Shown here: piece after piece, positions 1 through 9,518 of the stretch
How positions within the stretch are numbered: the stretch's first letter is position 1
How the letters are laid out: each line of letters begins with the position of its first letter
NCBI GenBank assembly: GCA_964585715.1
Contig: CAZPEZ010000004.1
Location: forward strand, 11,727-75,726
Direction of reading: 5' to 3'
Source of the DNA: an uncultured Terracidiphilus sp.
Lineage (GTDB): Bacteria; Acidobacteriota; Terriglobia; Terriglobales; Acidobacteriaceae
DNA length: 64,000 nucleotides
Notes under the pieces: model-generated
What the model was told of the DNA's origin: nothing
What the model saw: the letters and a program-made list of their open reading frames with translations, nothing else
Databases searched by the model: none
Program-made: the position numbers and the translations under genes

Positions 1-234
1 ATTGTTGTAACCGATCCGGGCTCGCCCGAGAAGATGTCCCGGACTGTGGGCCGGACGGCCGTCGACGTAAAGGCGCAGGAAGCCCGCTTTGTCGGCTATA
101 AGCACCTGGTTTGGGTCCGGCTCATGGGTAAGCGCGGAAAGGTCGACATCGTCTTTCGTGCTCCCCGGGTTTTTGCCGAGCTGAGGGCGGAAAACTCCGA
201 ACTATTGGAAGAAGTTATCGCCGTCGCGGGGTAA
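1..234 (+). CDS. 3' end of a hypothetical protein (open from the window edge)
   Basis: Frame 1 is open from base 1 to TAA at 232-234 (IVVTDPGSPEK...VIAVAG*); no family recognised. Confidence 0.45.
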   Translation: MVVTDPGSPEKMSRTVGRTAVDVKAQEARFVGYKHLVWVRLMGKRGKVDIVFRAPRVFAELRAENSELLEEVIAVAG

Positions 235-259
235 AAAAATCGACGCCTGTTGCCGATAG
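232..259 (+). promoter_or_regulatory. sigma28 (FliA)-like promoter for the HDOD gene
   Basis: TAAA-N16-GCCGATAG; the same spacing occurs at four other sites in this locus. Confidence 0.7.
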
Positions 260-278
260 ATATCCCGGACGGTGACAG

Positions 279-1013
279 GTGCGCAACAAAAGAGTTTTCG
301 AGATTGGGATCGCGCGTAACGGGGTTTCTGCTGGACAACCTTCGCACTTCGATCAAGTACGCGATCTTCCCGATGTTCCCGTGATGTCGGAAACACTTCT
401 GCTTATGGAGTTGATGGTCCGGGAGCGGACCGTCGACCTGAGCGGAATCTCGCAGCTCGTGCTCGGCGATCTGGGCGCCGCGATTCAGGTGCTGCGTCTG
501 GCAGGGCGCGAAGCTGTGTCGTTCGACGGTCTACCTACGCGGATCGAAGACTGCATCTCCGGCCTCGGACTGCAGGCCTGCCTGGAGGCCATGTCGAGAC
601 GTACGATCAAGCGCAGTTCTCGTCCTCGGGAGATGATGGGGGCCTGGGCCCATGCCCGGACGGTTGCAGAAAGCTGCCGGCTGCTCGCGGAAGAGACGTC
701 GTTCTCGATGAACCCGGAGTCCGCGTATCTGGTAGGACTTTTTCATTCCCTCGGGTCCCTGCCTGCGGTTTTGGGTTGGGATAGAACGATGCAGCTTTCC
801 GGCGACCCGGATGCTGTCGGGCTGCGGCTTGCGCAAGCCTGGTCGCTGCCGCGCTGCGTGAGCGAGTACTTCACGCCCTCCCGGTCAATCGCAGGCGCGA
901 ATCGCTGGAGAGAGATTGTCCGGCAAGCTCATCACGAGAGCGCCTGCTCCTTCAGCGAGCAAGTTGTCCAAGGGGCGTCCGTCGGCTCGTTGGCGCATGC
1001 CATTTCCTCGTAG
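279..1013 (+). CDS. HDOD domain protein
   Basis: DLGAAIQVLRLA, IEDCISGLG, AYLVGLFHSLG, LAQAWSLP motifs typical of HDOD; flagellar context. Confidence 0.8.
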   Translation: MRNKRVFEIGIARNGVSAGQPSHFDQVRDLPDVPVMSETLLLMELMVRERTVDLSGISQLVLGDLGAAIQVLRLAGREAVSFDGLPTRIEDCISGLGLQACLEAMSRRTIKRSSRPREMMGAWAHARTVAESCRLLAEETSFSMNPESAYLVGLFHSLGSLPAVLGWDRTMQLSGDPDAVGLRLAQAWSLPRCVSEYFTPSRSIAGANRWREIVRQAHHESACSFSEQVVQGASVGSLAHAISS

Positions 1014-1172
1014 GCATGCGGATTGCATCTTGACATTGCCTTCCCATGAGGAAGATGTCCTGGGCTTCGGCGCATAAGGCGCCCACGCGCTACCGCTCTC
1101 ATCTAATCCTCATTTAGAAGGCCATCTCTGCGCCCCAGAGCCTGCTTTTCGGGCAATTCTTGCCTCTGAGTA

Positions 1173-1189
1173 TGGCACGCGCCGTGCAT
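1173..1189 (+). promoter_or_regulatory. sigma54 -24/-12 promoter for the flgF operon
   Basis: TGGCACGCGCCGTGCAT; GG at 1174-1175 and GC at 1186-1187, about 22 nt before the flgF ATG. Confidence 0.7.
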
Positions 1190-1211
1190 ATCCTTCCGCG
1201 GAGGGGTGCAC

Positions 1212-1952
1212 ATGGACAGCGGGTACTATGCGGCATGCACCGCACTTGTCGCACGCACGCAGGCGCTGGACACTGTCGCCAATAACATTGCCAACACCAG
1301 CACGGTCGGCTTTCGCGCTGAGCGCAATGTCTTCAGCTCCGTGCTCGCCAGTGCTCAAGACGCGTCGACATCGGCTCTGAGTCCGATCATCAACAGCTAC
1401 GGCATCCTGAGCGGGACCATGGCCGACGTGACTCAGGGAGCTCTCGAGAAAACGGGCAACGATCTCGACCTCGCGATTGAAGGAAAAGGCTATTTCACTA
1501 TCCAGACCGCAGATGGCCCGATGTATACGCGCAACGGCTCATTCCAGTTATCCAGCAAAGACCAAATCATTACCCAATCCGGCGATCTCGTCATGGGCGA
1601 CAAGGGTCCCATCACGGTGCCGGGCGGAAAGCTTTCGATCAGCGCCGATGGAACCATCTCTTCGGAGGGCGCGCTGGTCGGCAAGATCAAAATCGCCGAG
1701 TTTCCTCTGGGCACGGAACTCACCAATACCGGCAACTCATTGTACTCGGCGCCTGCCGACGCGAAAACTATTCCGCCGACGGATTCCACCGTGCGGCAGG
1801 GCGCGCTCGAAAGCTCCAATGTCAACGCGGTCTCGAGCATGATTCAGCTGGTGGAGGCACAGCGCAACTCGGAGATGATGCAGCGAGCTTTGGCGATGTT
1901 CAATTCGGAGATAGACAAGACAGCAAGTCAAGACCTGCCTAAGGTGGGCTAA
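1212..1952 (+). CDS. flgF: flagellar basal-body rod protein FlgF
   Basis: ANNIANTSTVGF, TGNDLDLAIEGKGYF, YTRNGSF, LESSNVN; precedes flgG. Confidence 0.9.
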   Translation: MDSGYYAACTALVARTQALDTVANNIANTSTVGFRAERNVFSSVLASAQDASTSALSPIINSYGILSGTMADVTQGALEKTGNDLDLAIEGKGYFTIQTADGPMYTRNGSFQLSSKDQIITQSGDLVMGDKGPITVPGGKLSISADGTISSEGALVGKIKIAEFPLGTELTNTGNSLYSAPADAKTIPPTDSTVRQGALESSNVNAVSSMIQLVEAQRNSEMMQRALAMFNSEIDKTASQDLPKVG

Positions 1953-1962
1953 AGGAGATCGA

Positions 1963-2754
1963 ATGTTTCATGCTCTATATACCGCAGCCAGCGGCATGAC
2001 CGCCCAGCAGGTCAATCTGGATAACATCGCGAACAATCTTGCTAATTCGAGTACCGCAGGATTCCAGGCACGACGCGTTCAATTTACCGATCTTCTCTAT
2101 CAAAACGACGTGATGCCTGGCTCCGCAGCCACGCAGCAGACCACGGTAGCTTCCGGCTTGCAGGTCGGCTTGGGTACAAAGGCGGGCAATACCGAGATTT
2201 TGCAGACTCAGGGCGATCTGACCAGCACCGGCAATCCACTCGATATCGCCATCCAAGGTTCGGGATTCTTCCAAATTCTGCTGCCCAACGGACAAACCGG
2301 ATACACACGTGCGGGATCGTTTCAGCCCGACGCCCAGGGCAATCTGGTGACGGCGAACGGCGATGCGCTGCAACCGGCGATCAACATACCGGCGGCCGCG
2401 ACGAATATCACGATCGGCAACGACGGAACCGTGAGCGTGTCGCTGCCTGGTCAGACGCAGGCGCAGCAGGTTGGAGTCATTCAGTTGGCGACATTCGCCA
2501 ACCCAGGTGGCCTGAACAGTGTCGGGAACAACGTTTACCTGGCGACCACGGCCTCCGGTGATGCAATTGTTGGCGCTGCCGGCGGTTCTGAAGGGCTAGG
2601 CACGATCCAGCAGGGGATGCTCGAACAATCGAACGTCAATGTCGTCGAAGAGTTCGTGAACATGATTCTCGCGCAGCGCTCCTACGAGTCGAATTCCCGC
2701 GTAGTCAAAGCGACTGACGAGATGCTCCAACAGCTGGACCAGATCTCGCAGTAG
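1963..2754 (+). CDS. flgG: flagellar basal-body rod protein FlgG
   Basis: LYTAASGMTAQQ, FTDLLYQ, GLQVGLG, LEQSNVNVVEEFVNMILAQRSYE. Confidence 0.95.
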   Translation: MFHALYTAASGMTAQQVNLDNIANNLANSSTAGFQARRVQFTDLLYQNDVMPGSAATQQTTVASGLQVGLGTKAGNTEILQTQGDLTSTGNPLDIAIQGSGFFQILLPNGQTGYTRAGSFQPDAQGNLVTANGDALQPAINIPAAATNITIGNDGTVSVSLPGQTQAQQVGVIQLATFANPGGLNSVGNNVYLATTASGDAIVGAAGGSEGLGTIQQGMLEQSNVNVVEEFVNMILAQRSYESNSRVVKATDEMLQQLDQISQ

Positions 2755-2766
2755 GGTGAAACGGCA

Positions 2767-3333
2767 ATGAGGCACAACAAACTTCTCTGGCTCGGGATCG
2801 CATTTGGCGCTGCGGCAAGCGGCGTCTCCGCGCTCGCTGCCAGCTATCCGATCAGCAGGGAACAGGTCGCCGCTGCGGTGAACCGCCTGGGCATGCCGGT
2901 GGCGCCGGAGCAGGTGACGCTGCTCGCGGATGTGGTTGCGACCACAAGTGCGCCTCGCTTGACGGTTCGATCGATCGAGCCTTGGGGCAATCAGCGGATG
3001 ACGGCTCGAATCGAATGCGAGAGCTCCGATCAATGCCTTCCCTTTTTCGTCAGTTTGAATACCGGCTCGGGAGCCTCTGCGCAGCCCGCTGCCGTTGCGC
3101 GAACGTATTTGACGACTCAGCCTTCTTCAGGCTCGTCTCCCAGGCACTTCGCGGTGAGGAGCGGAACCCCGGCGACTCTCTTGCTTGACGGCGACCGTGT
3201 GCACATCCGTCTCTCCGTCGTTTGTCTTGAGAGCGGCGCGCCGGGTCAATCAATCCGTGTTACCGACCGGGAACACAAGATGGTTTTTCATGCTCAGGTT
3301 GTGGATGGCGGTCTGTTGAAAGGGAGGCTGTAG
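2767..3333 (+). CDS. flgA: FlgA-like P-ring formation chaperone
   Basis: Signal peptide, C-terminal SAF-like CLESGAPGQSIRV; lies between flgG and flgH. Confidence 0.7.
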   Translation: MRHNKLLWLGIAFGAAASGVSALAASYPISREQVAAAVNRLGMPVAPEQVTLLADVVATTSAPRLTVRSIEPWGNQRMTARIECESSDQCLPFFVSLNTGSGASAQPAAVARTYLTTQPSSGSSPRHFAVRSGTPATLLLDGDRVHIRLSVVCLESGAPGQSIRVTDREHKMVFHAQVVDGGLLKGRL

Positions 3334-3335
3334 GT

Positions 3336-4046
3336 ATGACGAGGAGGAACACTCGCGGATTACAGCTTCTCGGTTGCGTAGTTCTGGCCAGCTCACTCAT
3401 CGCTCCGAGCTATGCACGCACCAAGAAGGTGACGAATCCCGCCGCGCTCCGCACAGATTACATTTCTCGCGTGCAGGAGCAGCAGATGCCGAAGACCGAA
3501 CATACCGTCGGCAGTCTCTGGACCTCGGGTGACGTCAGCGATCTCTCCTCGGACTACAAAGCGCGCAAGCTGAACGATACCGTAGTCATTCTGGTCGCGG
3601 TGCAGACAACGGCCGCGCAATCCGGCGATGTGAATAGTTCGCGCACCTTCCAAACCAGCTCCGCGATCACCGGACTCGCCGGCCAAATCAACACCAAAGG
3701 CCTGGACCCGCTGTTTAACGCGAATTCGGCAACAACATTGAAAGGTGCGGGAGCGACGGATTCGAGCACAACATTCAACACCAGCATGACGGCGCAGGTG
3801 ATCGCCGTGCTGCCCAGCGGCAATCTCGTCGTTGAAGCGCAGCGCAAGATCTTCATGAACAACCAGCATGAAGATGTGACGATTCGCGGTGTTGTGCGGC
3901 CCAACGATATCGGGCCCAGCAACACCGTTCCGTCAACGGCACTGAGCAATCTTGAGATCGAAATGAAGGGCAAGGGCATAATTGCCGACAGCACACGCCC
4001 GCCTAACCGGATTACCCGAGCCCTGCTGTGGCTCCTTGGATTCTGA
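3336..4046 (+). CDS. flgH: flagellar L-ring protein FlgH
   Basis: GSLW, DYKARKLNDTV, VLPSGNLVVEA, GVVRPNDI motifs. Confidence 0.92.
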   Translation: MTRRNTRGLQLLGCVVLASSLIAPSYARTKKVTNPAALRTDYISRVQEQQMPKTEHTVGSLWTSGDVSDLSSDYKARKLNDTVVILVAVQTTAAQSGDVNSSRTFQTSSAITGLAGQINTKGLDPLFNANSATTLKGAGATDSSTTFNTSMTAQVIAVLPSGNLVVEAQRKIFMNNQHEDVTIRGVVRPNDIGPSNTVPSTALSNLEIEMKGKGIIADSTRPPNRITRALLWLLGF

Positions 4047-5362
4047 TGATCATGGGCTGCACATTGACGATGACGAAGCTCCGCCGGATGTTCATGGCAG
4101 TTGGGCTGGCACTTGCGGCTCTGGTGCTGCAAGCCGGCGCCGACACTCCGAACCGGCGCGTGCTGATCCGGGACATCACCAGCGTCGAGGGCGTGCGCGA
4201 CAACATGCTCGTGGGATATGGGCTGGTGGTGGGGCTGAATCGTACAGGCGACAGCCAGCAGACGTTCTTTACGGTGCAGACCCTCGCTAATGCGATGCAG
4301 AAGATGGGCGTACTCATCGCGCCGGGCCAGGTGGAAGTAAAGAACGTGGCCGCCGTCTTCATCACCTCATCGCTGCCACCTTTTGCTCGGCCCGGAGCCA
4401 AGCTCGATGTCACCGTCTCTTCGGTGGGCGATGCCAAGAGCCTGGTCGGCGGAGTTCTGCTCATGAGCGCCCTCCACGGCCCTGATGGTCAGATCTACGC
4501 GGAGGCGCAAGGACCGCTGGTGATGGGCGGCTATATGGCCGGCACCGGCACCAACGGCAAAGAAGTGAATTCGACGACCGTCGGAACAATCCCCAATGGC
4601 GGCCTCGTGGAGCGCGACACATCCGTCGACTTACACGATTTCAAGACCGTGTCGCTGCTGCTGCGCAATCCGGATTTCACAACGGCTCGCCGAATCGCCG
4701 AAGCGGTCAATGAAGAGTTTCACAAGGTGGTGGCTTCTGTACTCGACAGTTCGCGTGTGGATGTCAACGTCGCCGATGCGGGAGATTCCTCGGTGCCGTT
4801 GTTGATCTCGCGAGTGCAGAACCTGTCTCTGACCGTGAGTACGCCGGCTAAGATCGTGATCAACGAGCGGACCGGAACAATTGTCCTGGGCGGCGATGTA
4901 AAGCTGACACCGGTCTCCGTGATTCACGGCAATCTCTCTATTGCGGTTACCACAACCTACTCCGTAGCGCCAATTCCCGGCGCCGGACCCGGCTTCGTCG
5001 AGCATACGCGGGAGGTAGGCCAGAGTGGAGGGCCGAATGGCCCAGGCAATCCGGGCCAGCCTGGGAATCCTACCAATCCCGGCAACCCAGCGGATCAGGG
5101 GCCAGGCCAGGGTGGTGGCCAAGGTCCGAGTGGGGGATATGATCGCTCGGTTGTTTCGACTCCGACCGCTGCCCTGGTTCCACAAACGACCGTGAATGTG
5201 ACCGACGCCCCGGCGCAGAGTATGCGGCTGGATGAAGGCGCGAATGTGGAAGAGCTGGTGAACGGACTGCACGCCATTGGCACGACAGCGCACGACGTGG
5301 TCGCGATTTTGCAGGCTATCAAGGCTGAAGGCGGAATCCAGGCCGACTTGGAGGTGCAATAG
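4046..5362 (+). CDS. flgI: flagellar P-ring protein FlgI (with Gly/Pro-rich insert)
   Basis: GVRDNMLVGYGLVVGLNRTGD, KNVAAV, KIVINERTGTIV, ILQAIKAEG; start overlaps the flgH stop (alternative ATG at 4070). Confidence 0.95.
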   Translation: MIMGCTLTMTKLRRMFMAVGLALAALVLQAGADTPNRRVLIRDITSVEGVRDNMLVGYGLVVGLNRTGDSQQTFFTVQTLANAMQKMGVLIAPGQVEVKNVAAVFITSSLPPFARPGAKLDVTVSSVGDAKSLVGGVLLMSALHGPDGQIYAEAQGPLVMGGYMAGTGTNGKEVNSTTVGTIPNGGLVERDTSVDLHDFKTVSLLLRNPDFTTARRIAEAVNEEFHKVVASVLDSSRVDVNVADAGDSSVPLLISRVQNLSLTVSTPAKIVINERTGTIVLGGDVKLTPVSVIHGNLSIAVTTTYSVAPIPGAGPGFVEHTREVGQSGGPNGPGNPGQPGNPTNPGNPADQGPGQGGGQGPSGGYDRSVVSTPTAALVPQTTVNVTDAPAQSMRLDEGANVEELVNGLHAIGTTAHDVVAILQAIKAEGGIQADLEVQ

Positions 5363-5802
5363 TGTCGTCTCTTCCGATCGGCGGCGCTCTCGCAGCCCAG
5401 GCGCAGACGAGCCTGCTGCAGGCGCGTGAAGATCACATGATCCGCCAGCTTAATTCGGTAAAGGCCTCCAACGACGACGCCAAGATCGACAAGAGCGCTC
5501 AGGAGTTTGAGTCCATGCTGTTGAGTACCTGGCTGCAGCAAGCGCAGCAATCGATGGCGTCGGTACCCGGCGCCGACGATGAGAACGACGACTCTAGTGG
5601 GATGAAGGATCAGATGATGAGCCTCGGAGTGCAGGCTCTATCCACCGCGATGGCGGCCTCGGGAGGCATCGGGCTGGGGAAGATGATTGCACATGCTCTT
5701 CACGCCGCCGCCGATCGGCGGAACGAGGCGGAAGGCCAAGCATCCAAAGCGATTACAAATGAGGCTCCGGCTGCGTCCGAGACCACAAAAATTGTCAAAT
5801 AA
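5362..5802 (+). CDS. flgJ: short FlgJ-like rod-binding protein (no muramidase domain)
   Basis: SAQEFESMLL and GGIGLGKMI motifs; follows flgI. Confidence 0.8.
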   Translation: MSSLPIGGALAAQAQTSLLQAREDHMIRQLNSVKASNDDAKIDKSAQEFESMLLSTWLQQAQQSMASVPGADDENDDSSGMKDQMMSLGVQALSTAMAASGGIGLGKMIAHALHAAADRRNEAEGQASKAITNEAPAASETTKIVK

Positions 5803-5817
5803 CCCTGAGATTTTGAT

Positions 5818-5845
5818 TAAACTTTGGCGGGCAAGGTGCCGATAG
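5818..5845 (+). promoter_or_regulatory. sigma28-like promoter for flgM
   Basis: TAAACTTT-N12-GCCGATAG upstream of the flgM RBS (AAGGAG). Confidence 0.8.
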
Positions 5846-5873
5846 AGGGGCAGGTCCAAGTGAAGGAGCAGAG

Positions 5874-6158
5874 ATGAGAGTCGATCTAACGAACGTCGCA
5901 GCGAACCAGATCGCCGCGGAGCCCGATCCGAAACAGGTGAGCGCAAATAGCGTCAACGGGTCCGGCCTGTCGGGGAGCGAGGATCGGACGACTTTCAAGT
6001 CGGATACGCAGTCTCTCAGCTCGCTTGTCAGCACTGCCTTAAGCTCGCCTGAGATTCGCGAAGATAAGGTGGCCAGTCTGCAGCAGGCCATCGGCAGCGG
6101 AAACTACAAGCTCGACCCACAGGAGATCGCCGGGTCGATGGTCGACGAGCACGCCTGA
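5874..6158 (+). CDS. flgM: anti-sigma28 factor FlgM
   Basis: IREDKVASLQQAIGSGNYKLDPQEIAGSM. Confidence 0.9.
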   Translation: MRVDLTNVAANQIAAEPDPKQVSANSVNGSGLSGSEDRTTFKSDTQSLSSLVSTALSSPEIREDKVASLQQAIGSGNYKLDPQEIAGSMVDEHA

Positions 6159-6211
6159 GCTTCACACGCTTCAGTCTGAATAGCTGAGGCACAGGTACGG
6201 ACTTTTAAGGG

Positions 6212-6640
6212 ATGACAGCGACTCAAGTTGAAGACCGGAACGTCAAGCTTGGGGAATACCTTGAGCATTTGCAGTCGATGGCTCTCGAACTGGAGCGGTC
6301 GATGCATGCGGTTGTGCAGCATTCCCTCGCGCCCCTTGAAGACAGCATTGCGAATCAGCAGGCTTTGGCGTCTCGTCTCAGCGAATTGGCCAACGATCTC
6401 AGCAAGCCCGGCCTGAAGGAATCTGCCGCGAGCCGCGCCACCGATGAGCAGGGCCTTCTGCAGCAGATTCACGGTGCCACCGAGAGATTGCAGAGCCTCA
6501 ATCAGTGCTACGCAGCCCTCCTGACACACTCCAGCCACTCGGTCGGTCTGATGATTTCGCTCTTTCGTTCTTTCAAAGGTCAAATGCAGGAGGATGCCGG
6601 CACCAGGTTGAAGCACCAGACCTGGTCCTGCCAGGTGTAA
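6212..6640 (+). CDS. flgN: FlgN-like export chaperone
   Basis: Helical 142 aa protein between flgM and flgK; positional call. Confidence 0.6.
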   Translation: MTATQVEDRNVKLGEYLEHLQSMALELERSMHAVVQHSLAPLEDSIANQQALASRLSELANDLSKPGLKESAASRATDEQGLLQQIHGATERLQSLNQCYAALLTHSSHSVGLMISLFRSFKGQMQEDAGTRLKHQTWSCQV

Positions 6641-6645
6641 TCGCC

Positions 6646-8022
6646 ATGGGTGGATTGAATACAGCTCTCTACATCGGCGCGCAGGCTCTGGAGGTCGCGC
6701 AGGGCGCGCTGGGTGCGACGAGCAACAACATCGCTAACGCCAATACTCCGGGGTACACGCGGGAGGTGCCCCAGTTAAGCGAGAATGCGGAAACGCTAAA
6801 TGGCGGCCAGGTTTCGGGCGGTGGCGTGACGCTGGATGGCCTGCAGAGCGTGCGCGACGAACTGCTCAATCTGCAAATCCAGCAGCAGACTTCGGCGCAG
6901 AGCAGCGTTGACGCGCAGTCTTCGAGCCTGCAGCAGATCCAGACCTACTTTGCTTCGACCGGCAACGATATCGCAAGCGCCTTCTCGTCGTTTTCGACCA
7001 GCCTTGCTCAGCTTTCGGCAAATCCTTCCGACGCCTCCGTGCAACAGGAGGTCATCTCCAGCGGTCGGAATCTTGCTCAGGCTTTCAACACCACCGCGAA
7101 TGGCCTGACCAGCACACAATCGGCCGCCGACACTGAGGTCAGTCAAAGCGTCGCTCAGATCAACACGTTGACCCAGCAGATCGCACAGCTTAATGGCGAA
7201 GTGCAGCAGCTGACAGCGGCCGGACAAGACGGTGGCACCGTGGAGGATCAGCGCGACCAGCTGGTGCAGCAGCTCTCGCAGTTGACCGGTATCTCCGTCT
7301 CTCAAAGCAGTAGCGGTGAGGTCATCACGACGGGGAATGGAAGTCCGCTTGTGGTGGGGACCCAGAGCTTTGCCCTCCAATCGACGACGGGCCCGAATGG
7401 ATTGCAGCAGGTGCTGGACTCGCAGGGGAATAACATCACGGCTTCGATTCAGGGCGGCCAGCTCGGCGGAGCCATCCAAATTCGCGATCAAGTCATCCCT
7501 GGCTACCTGACGCAGCTCAACACATTGGCGACCCAGTTCGCGACCGCGTTCAATACCGCTCAGACGCAGGGTTTCGATTCCAATGGCAATCCGGGCCAGA
7601 ACTTCTTTACGGTTCCCGCTGGGGCCGGCGCCGCTGCGGGCTTGAGCGTCGCGATCACCAATCCAGCGTTGATTGCAGCCAGTTCGGATGGCTCCGCGGG
7701 AAGCAATGGCAACGTTGCGAATCTCTCTGCGGCTCTGACCAACGCGCTTCCCTCCGGGCAGACTCCAGCGCAGGCCTATGCCAGTCTGGTGTTCCAGGTG
7801 GGCAACGATACTTCCAACGCCAGCACGGAATCTACGGCGTTCGGGCAGAACCTGCTGGAGCTGACAAATCAGCAGAGTTCAGTCTCCGGCGTGAACGTCG
7901 ACGAAGAGACCACCAATCTGATTCGCTTCCAGACCGCCTACGAGGCTGCGGCGCGAATTGTAAGCACGATTCAACAACTCAACACCGTGACGCTCGACAT
8001 GGGTTCGAGCCAGAGCTACTAA
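6646..8022 (+). CDS. flgK: hook-associated protein FlgK
   Basis: SNNIANANTPGYTRE, DQRDQL, SGVNVDEETTNLIRFQTAYEAAAR. Confidence 0.95.
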   Translation: MGGLNTALYIGAQALEVAQGALGATSNNIANANTPGYTREVPQLSENAETLNGGQVSGGGVTLDGLQSVRDELLNLQIQQQTSAQSSVDAQSSSLQQIQTYFASTGNDIASAFSSFSTSLAQLSANPSDASVQQEVISSGRNLAQAFNTTANGLTSTQSAADTEVSQSVAQINTLTQQIAQLNGEVQQLTAAGQDGGTVEDQRDQLVQQLSQLTGISVSQSSSGEVITTGNGSPLVVGTQSFALQSTTGPNGLQQVLDSQGNNITASIQGGQLGGAIQIRDQVIPGYLTQLNTLATQFATAFNTAQTQGFDSNGNPGQNFFTVPAGAGAAAGLSVAITNPALIAASSDGSAGSNGNVANLSAALTNALPSGQTPAQAYASLVFQVGNDTSNASTESTAFGQNLLELTNQQSSVSGVNVDEETTNLIRFQTAYEAAARIVSTIQQLNTVTLDMGSSQSY

Positions 8023-8027
8023 AGCAT

Positions 8028-8930
8028 ATGCGCGTCAATACAAATTTGGTTCCGGACATTCTCGCCGATCTGGCGCAGAGTCAGTCGACTCTCAACACCG
8101 CGCTGCAGGAGGTGTCGACCGGAAAGAGCGTCAATGTTCCTTCCGACAACCCTGAGGCCTCTGCGGCCATGGTGCAGAACACCATCGAGACCGCCAATGT
8201 CGATCAGTACACCAAGAACGTCACCAGCGAGCTTTCGACAGTGCAGGCGGCCGATTCGGCCCTCAGCACGGTGGTGTCTTCTCTCACGCAGGCTGTTTCG
8301 CTCGGAACCGAGGGCGCAAACGGCACGAATTCCGCTTCCAACCTTCAGGCGATCGCCCAGCAGGTGCAGGGGATTCTAACCAGTGTGGTTTCGCAGGCCA
8401 ACGCTTCGTATCAGGGTTCCTATTTGTTCGGCGGGACAGCCACGAACACAACTCCCTTCACAGCGAATGCAGCGTCGCCCACCGGCTATCAGTACAACGG
8501 CAATACCGATCAGAATTCCGTCGCCGTCGGAGACAACCTCAGCGTGCAGGTGAATCTTCCCGGCAGCCAGATCTTCTCCAGTCCAACCGCCGACGTCATC
8601 GGTTCATTGAGCTCACTTGTGACCGCACTGCAAGGCGGGAACAGCACGGCCATTCAAACCGCGACAACCGCAGTCAACAGTGCGCTGAACTATGTCGGAC
8701 AGCAGCGCGTCTTCTACGCCAATTCCGAGAGCCAGCTCAATTCGCAGGAAAGCTATCTGCAACAGGAGACGGTCGACCTCTCGTCACAGCAGACTTCTCT
8801 GGTGGGCGTAGACATGGCTCAGGCAGCCACCACTCTTAGCCAGGCGGAAACGGCGAATAGCGCAGCTCTGGCCGCGGCGTCAAAGGTCCTCCCGGATACG
8901 CTGCTGAATTACCTGGCGCCCCCGCAATAG
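8028..8930 (+). CDS. flgL: hook-associated protein FlgL
   Basis: STGKSVNVPSDNP, YLFGG, TLLNYL; follows flgK. Confidence 0.9.
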   Translation: MRVNTNLVPDILADLAQSQSTLNTALQEVSTGKSVNVPSDNPEASAAMVQNTIETANVDQYTKNVTSELSTVQAADSALSTVVSSLTQAVSLGTEGANGTNSASNLQAIAQQVQGILTSVVSQANASYQGSYLFGGTATNTTPFTANAASPTGYQYNGNTDQNSVAVGDNLSVQVNLPGSQIFSSPTADVIGSLSSLVTALQGGNSTAIQTATTAVNSALNYVGQQRVFYANSESQLNSQESYLQQETVDLSSQQTSLVGVDMAQAATTLSQAETANSAALAAASKVLPDTLLNYLAPPQ

Positions 8931-8964
8931 CTAATCATCCAGCGGGCTGGAGCATTGGGACCAC

Positions 8965-8992
8965 AAAAAAGGACCGTCGCAGGGACGGTCCT
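8965..8992 (-). terminator. intrinsic terminator between convergent flgL and fliS
   Basis: AGGACCGTC/GACGGTCCT stem; A6 on its left gives a U-tract on the minus strand. Confidence 0.7.
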
Positions 8993-9038
8993 CTATCGTT
9001 TTGTTTCTATGGCAATCGCTGGGGTGGGCGCGACGGTT

Positions 9039-9506
9039 CTACGCCGACCAGTTGCTGTCTCGGGCACCCGCCTGAATGCCTGCCAGGCTGAGACCGTTCA
9101 TCCCGCCCGGGCTTAAGATGTCGGGTCCCGAAGGGCCTTGCCGCCGTCCCTCAATCTGTTGCCAGCACTGGCGGATATTCAGAACCTTGGCGATGAGCTG
9201 CTCCATCTCCTTTGCTGACCTTCTGACTTGAGCCCCTACCAGGCTGCGGCGGAAATTGGTATAGAAGGCAATCAACTGATCCGCCAGCTCGCCGCCTGGC
9301 CCGCGCTGCACCCAATCCTCGAGGCAGCCAATCACCAGCAGTGCATGATTGACCTCGTGGCACCGCTTTTCAAGGTCGTTGGCGCGTTCGGCATCGGCGG
9401 CTCGCTGCAGGTTCGCGGCGAGCGTGTCGAAGAGGGCCATGAGGAGCCCGAAGCCACTGGCTCCTTCCACCGCTGTTTTGCGATAGGCAAGGTCGATGCG
9501 TGTCAT
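9039..9506 (-). CDS. fliS: flagellin chaperone FliS
   Basis: AYRKTAVEGAS, GGELADQLIAFY, IRQCWQQI; downstream of fliD. Confidence 0.85.
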   Translation of the reverse strand: MTRIDLAYRKTAVEGASGFGLLMALFDTLAANLQRAADAERANDLEKRCHEVNHALLVIGCLEDWVQRGPGGELADQLIAFYTNFRRSLVGAQVRRSAKEMEQLIAKVLNIRQCWQQIEGRRQGPSGPDILSPGGMNGLSLAGIQAGARDSNWSA

Positions 9507-9518
9507 AGTAGGCTCCGA

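Noticed and set aside
6505-6645. Extended N-termini from the ORF track (flgK, and likewise fliD, gluP, VIT1 fusion, hemY, usp, S9, recX, mutY)
   Set aside because: The extensions overlap neighbouring genes or promoters; downstream starts fit family N-termini and often have SD sequences.
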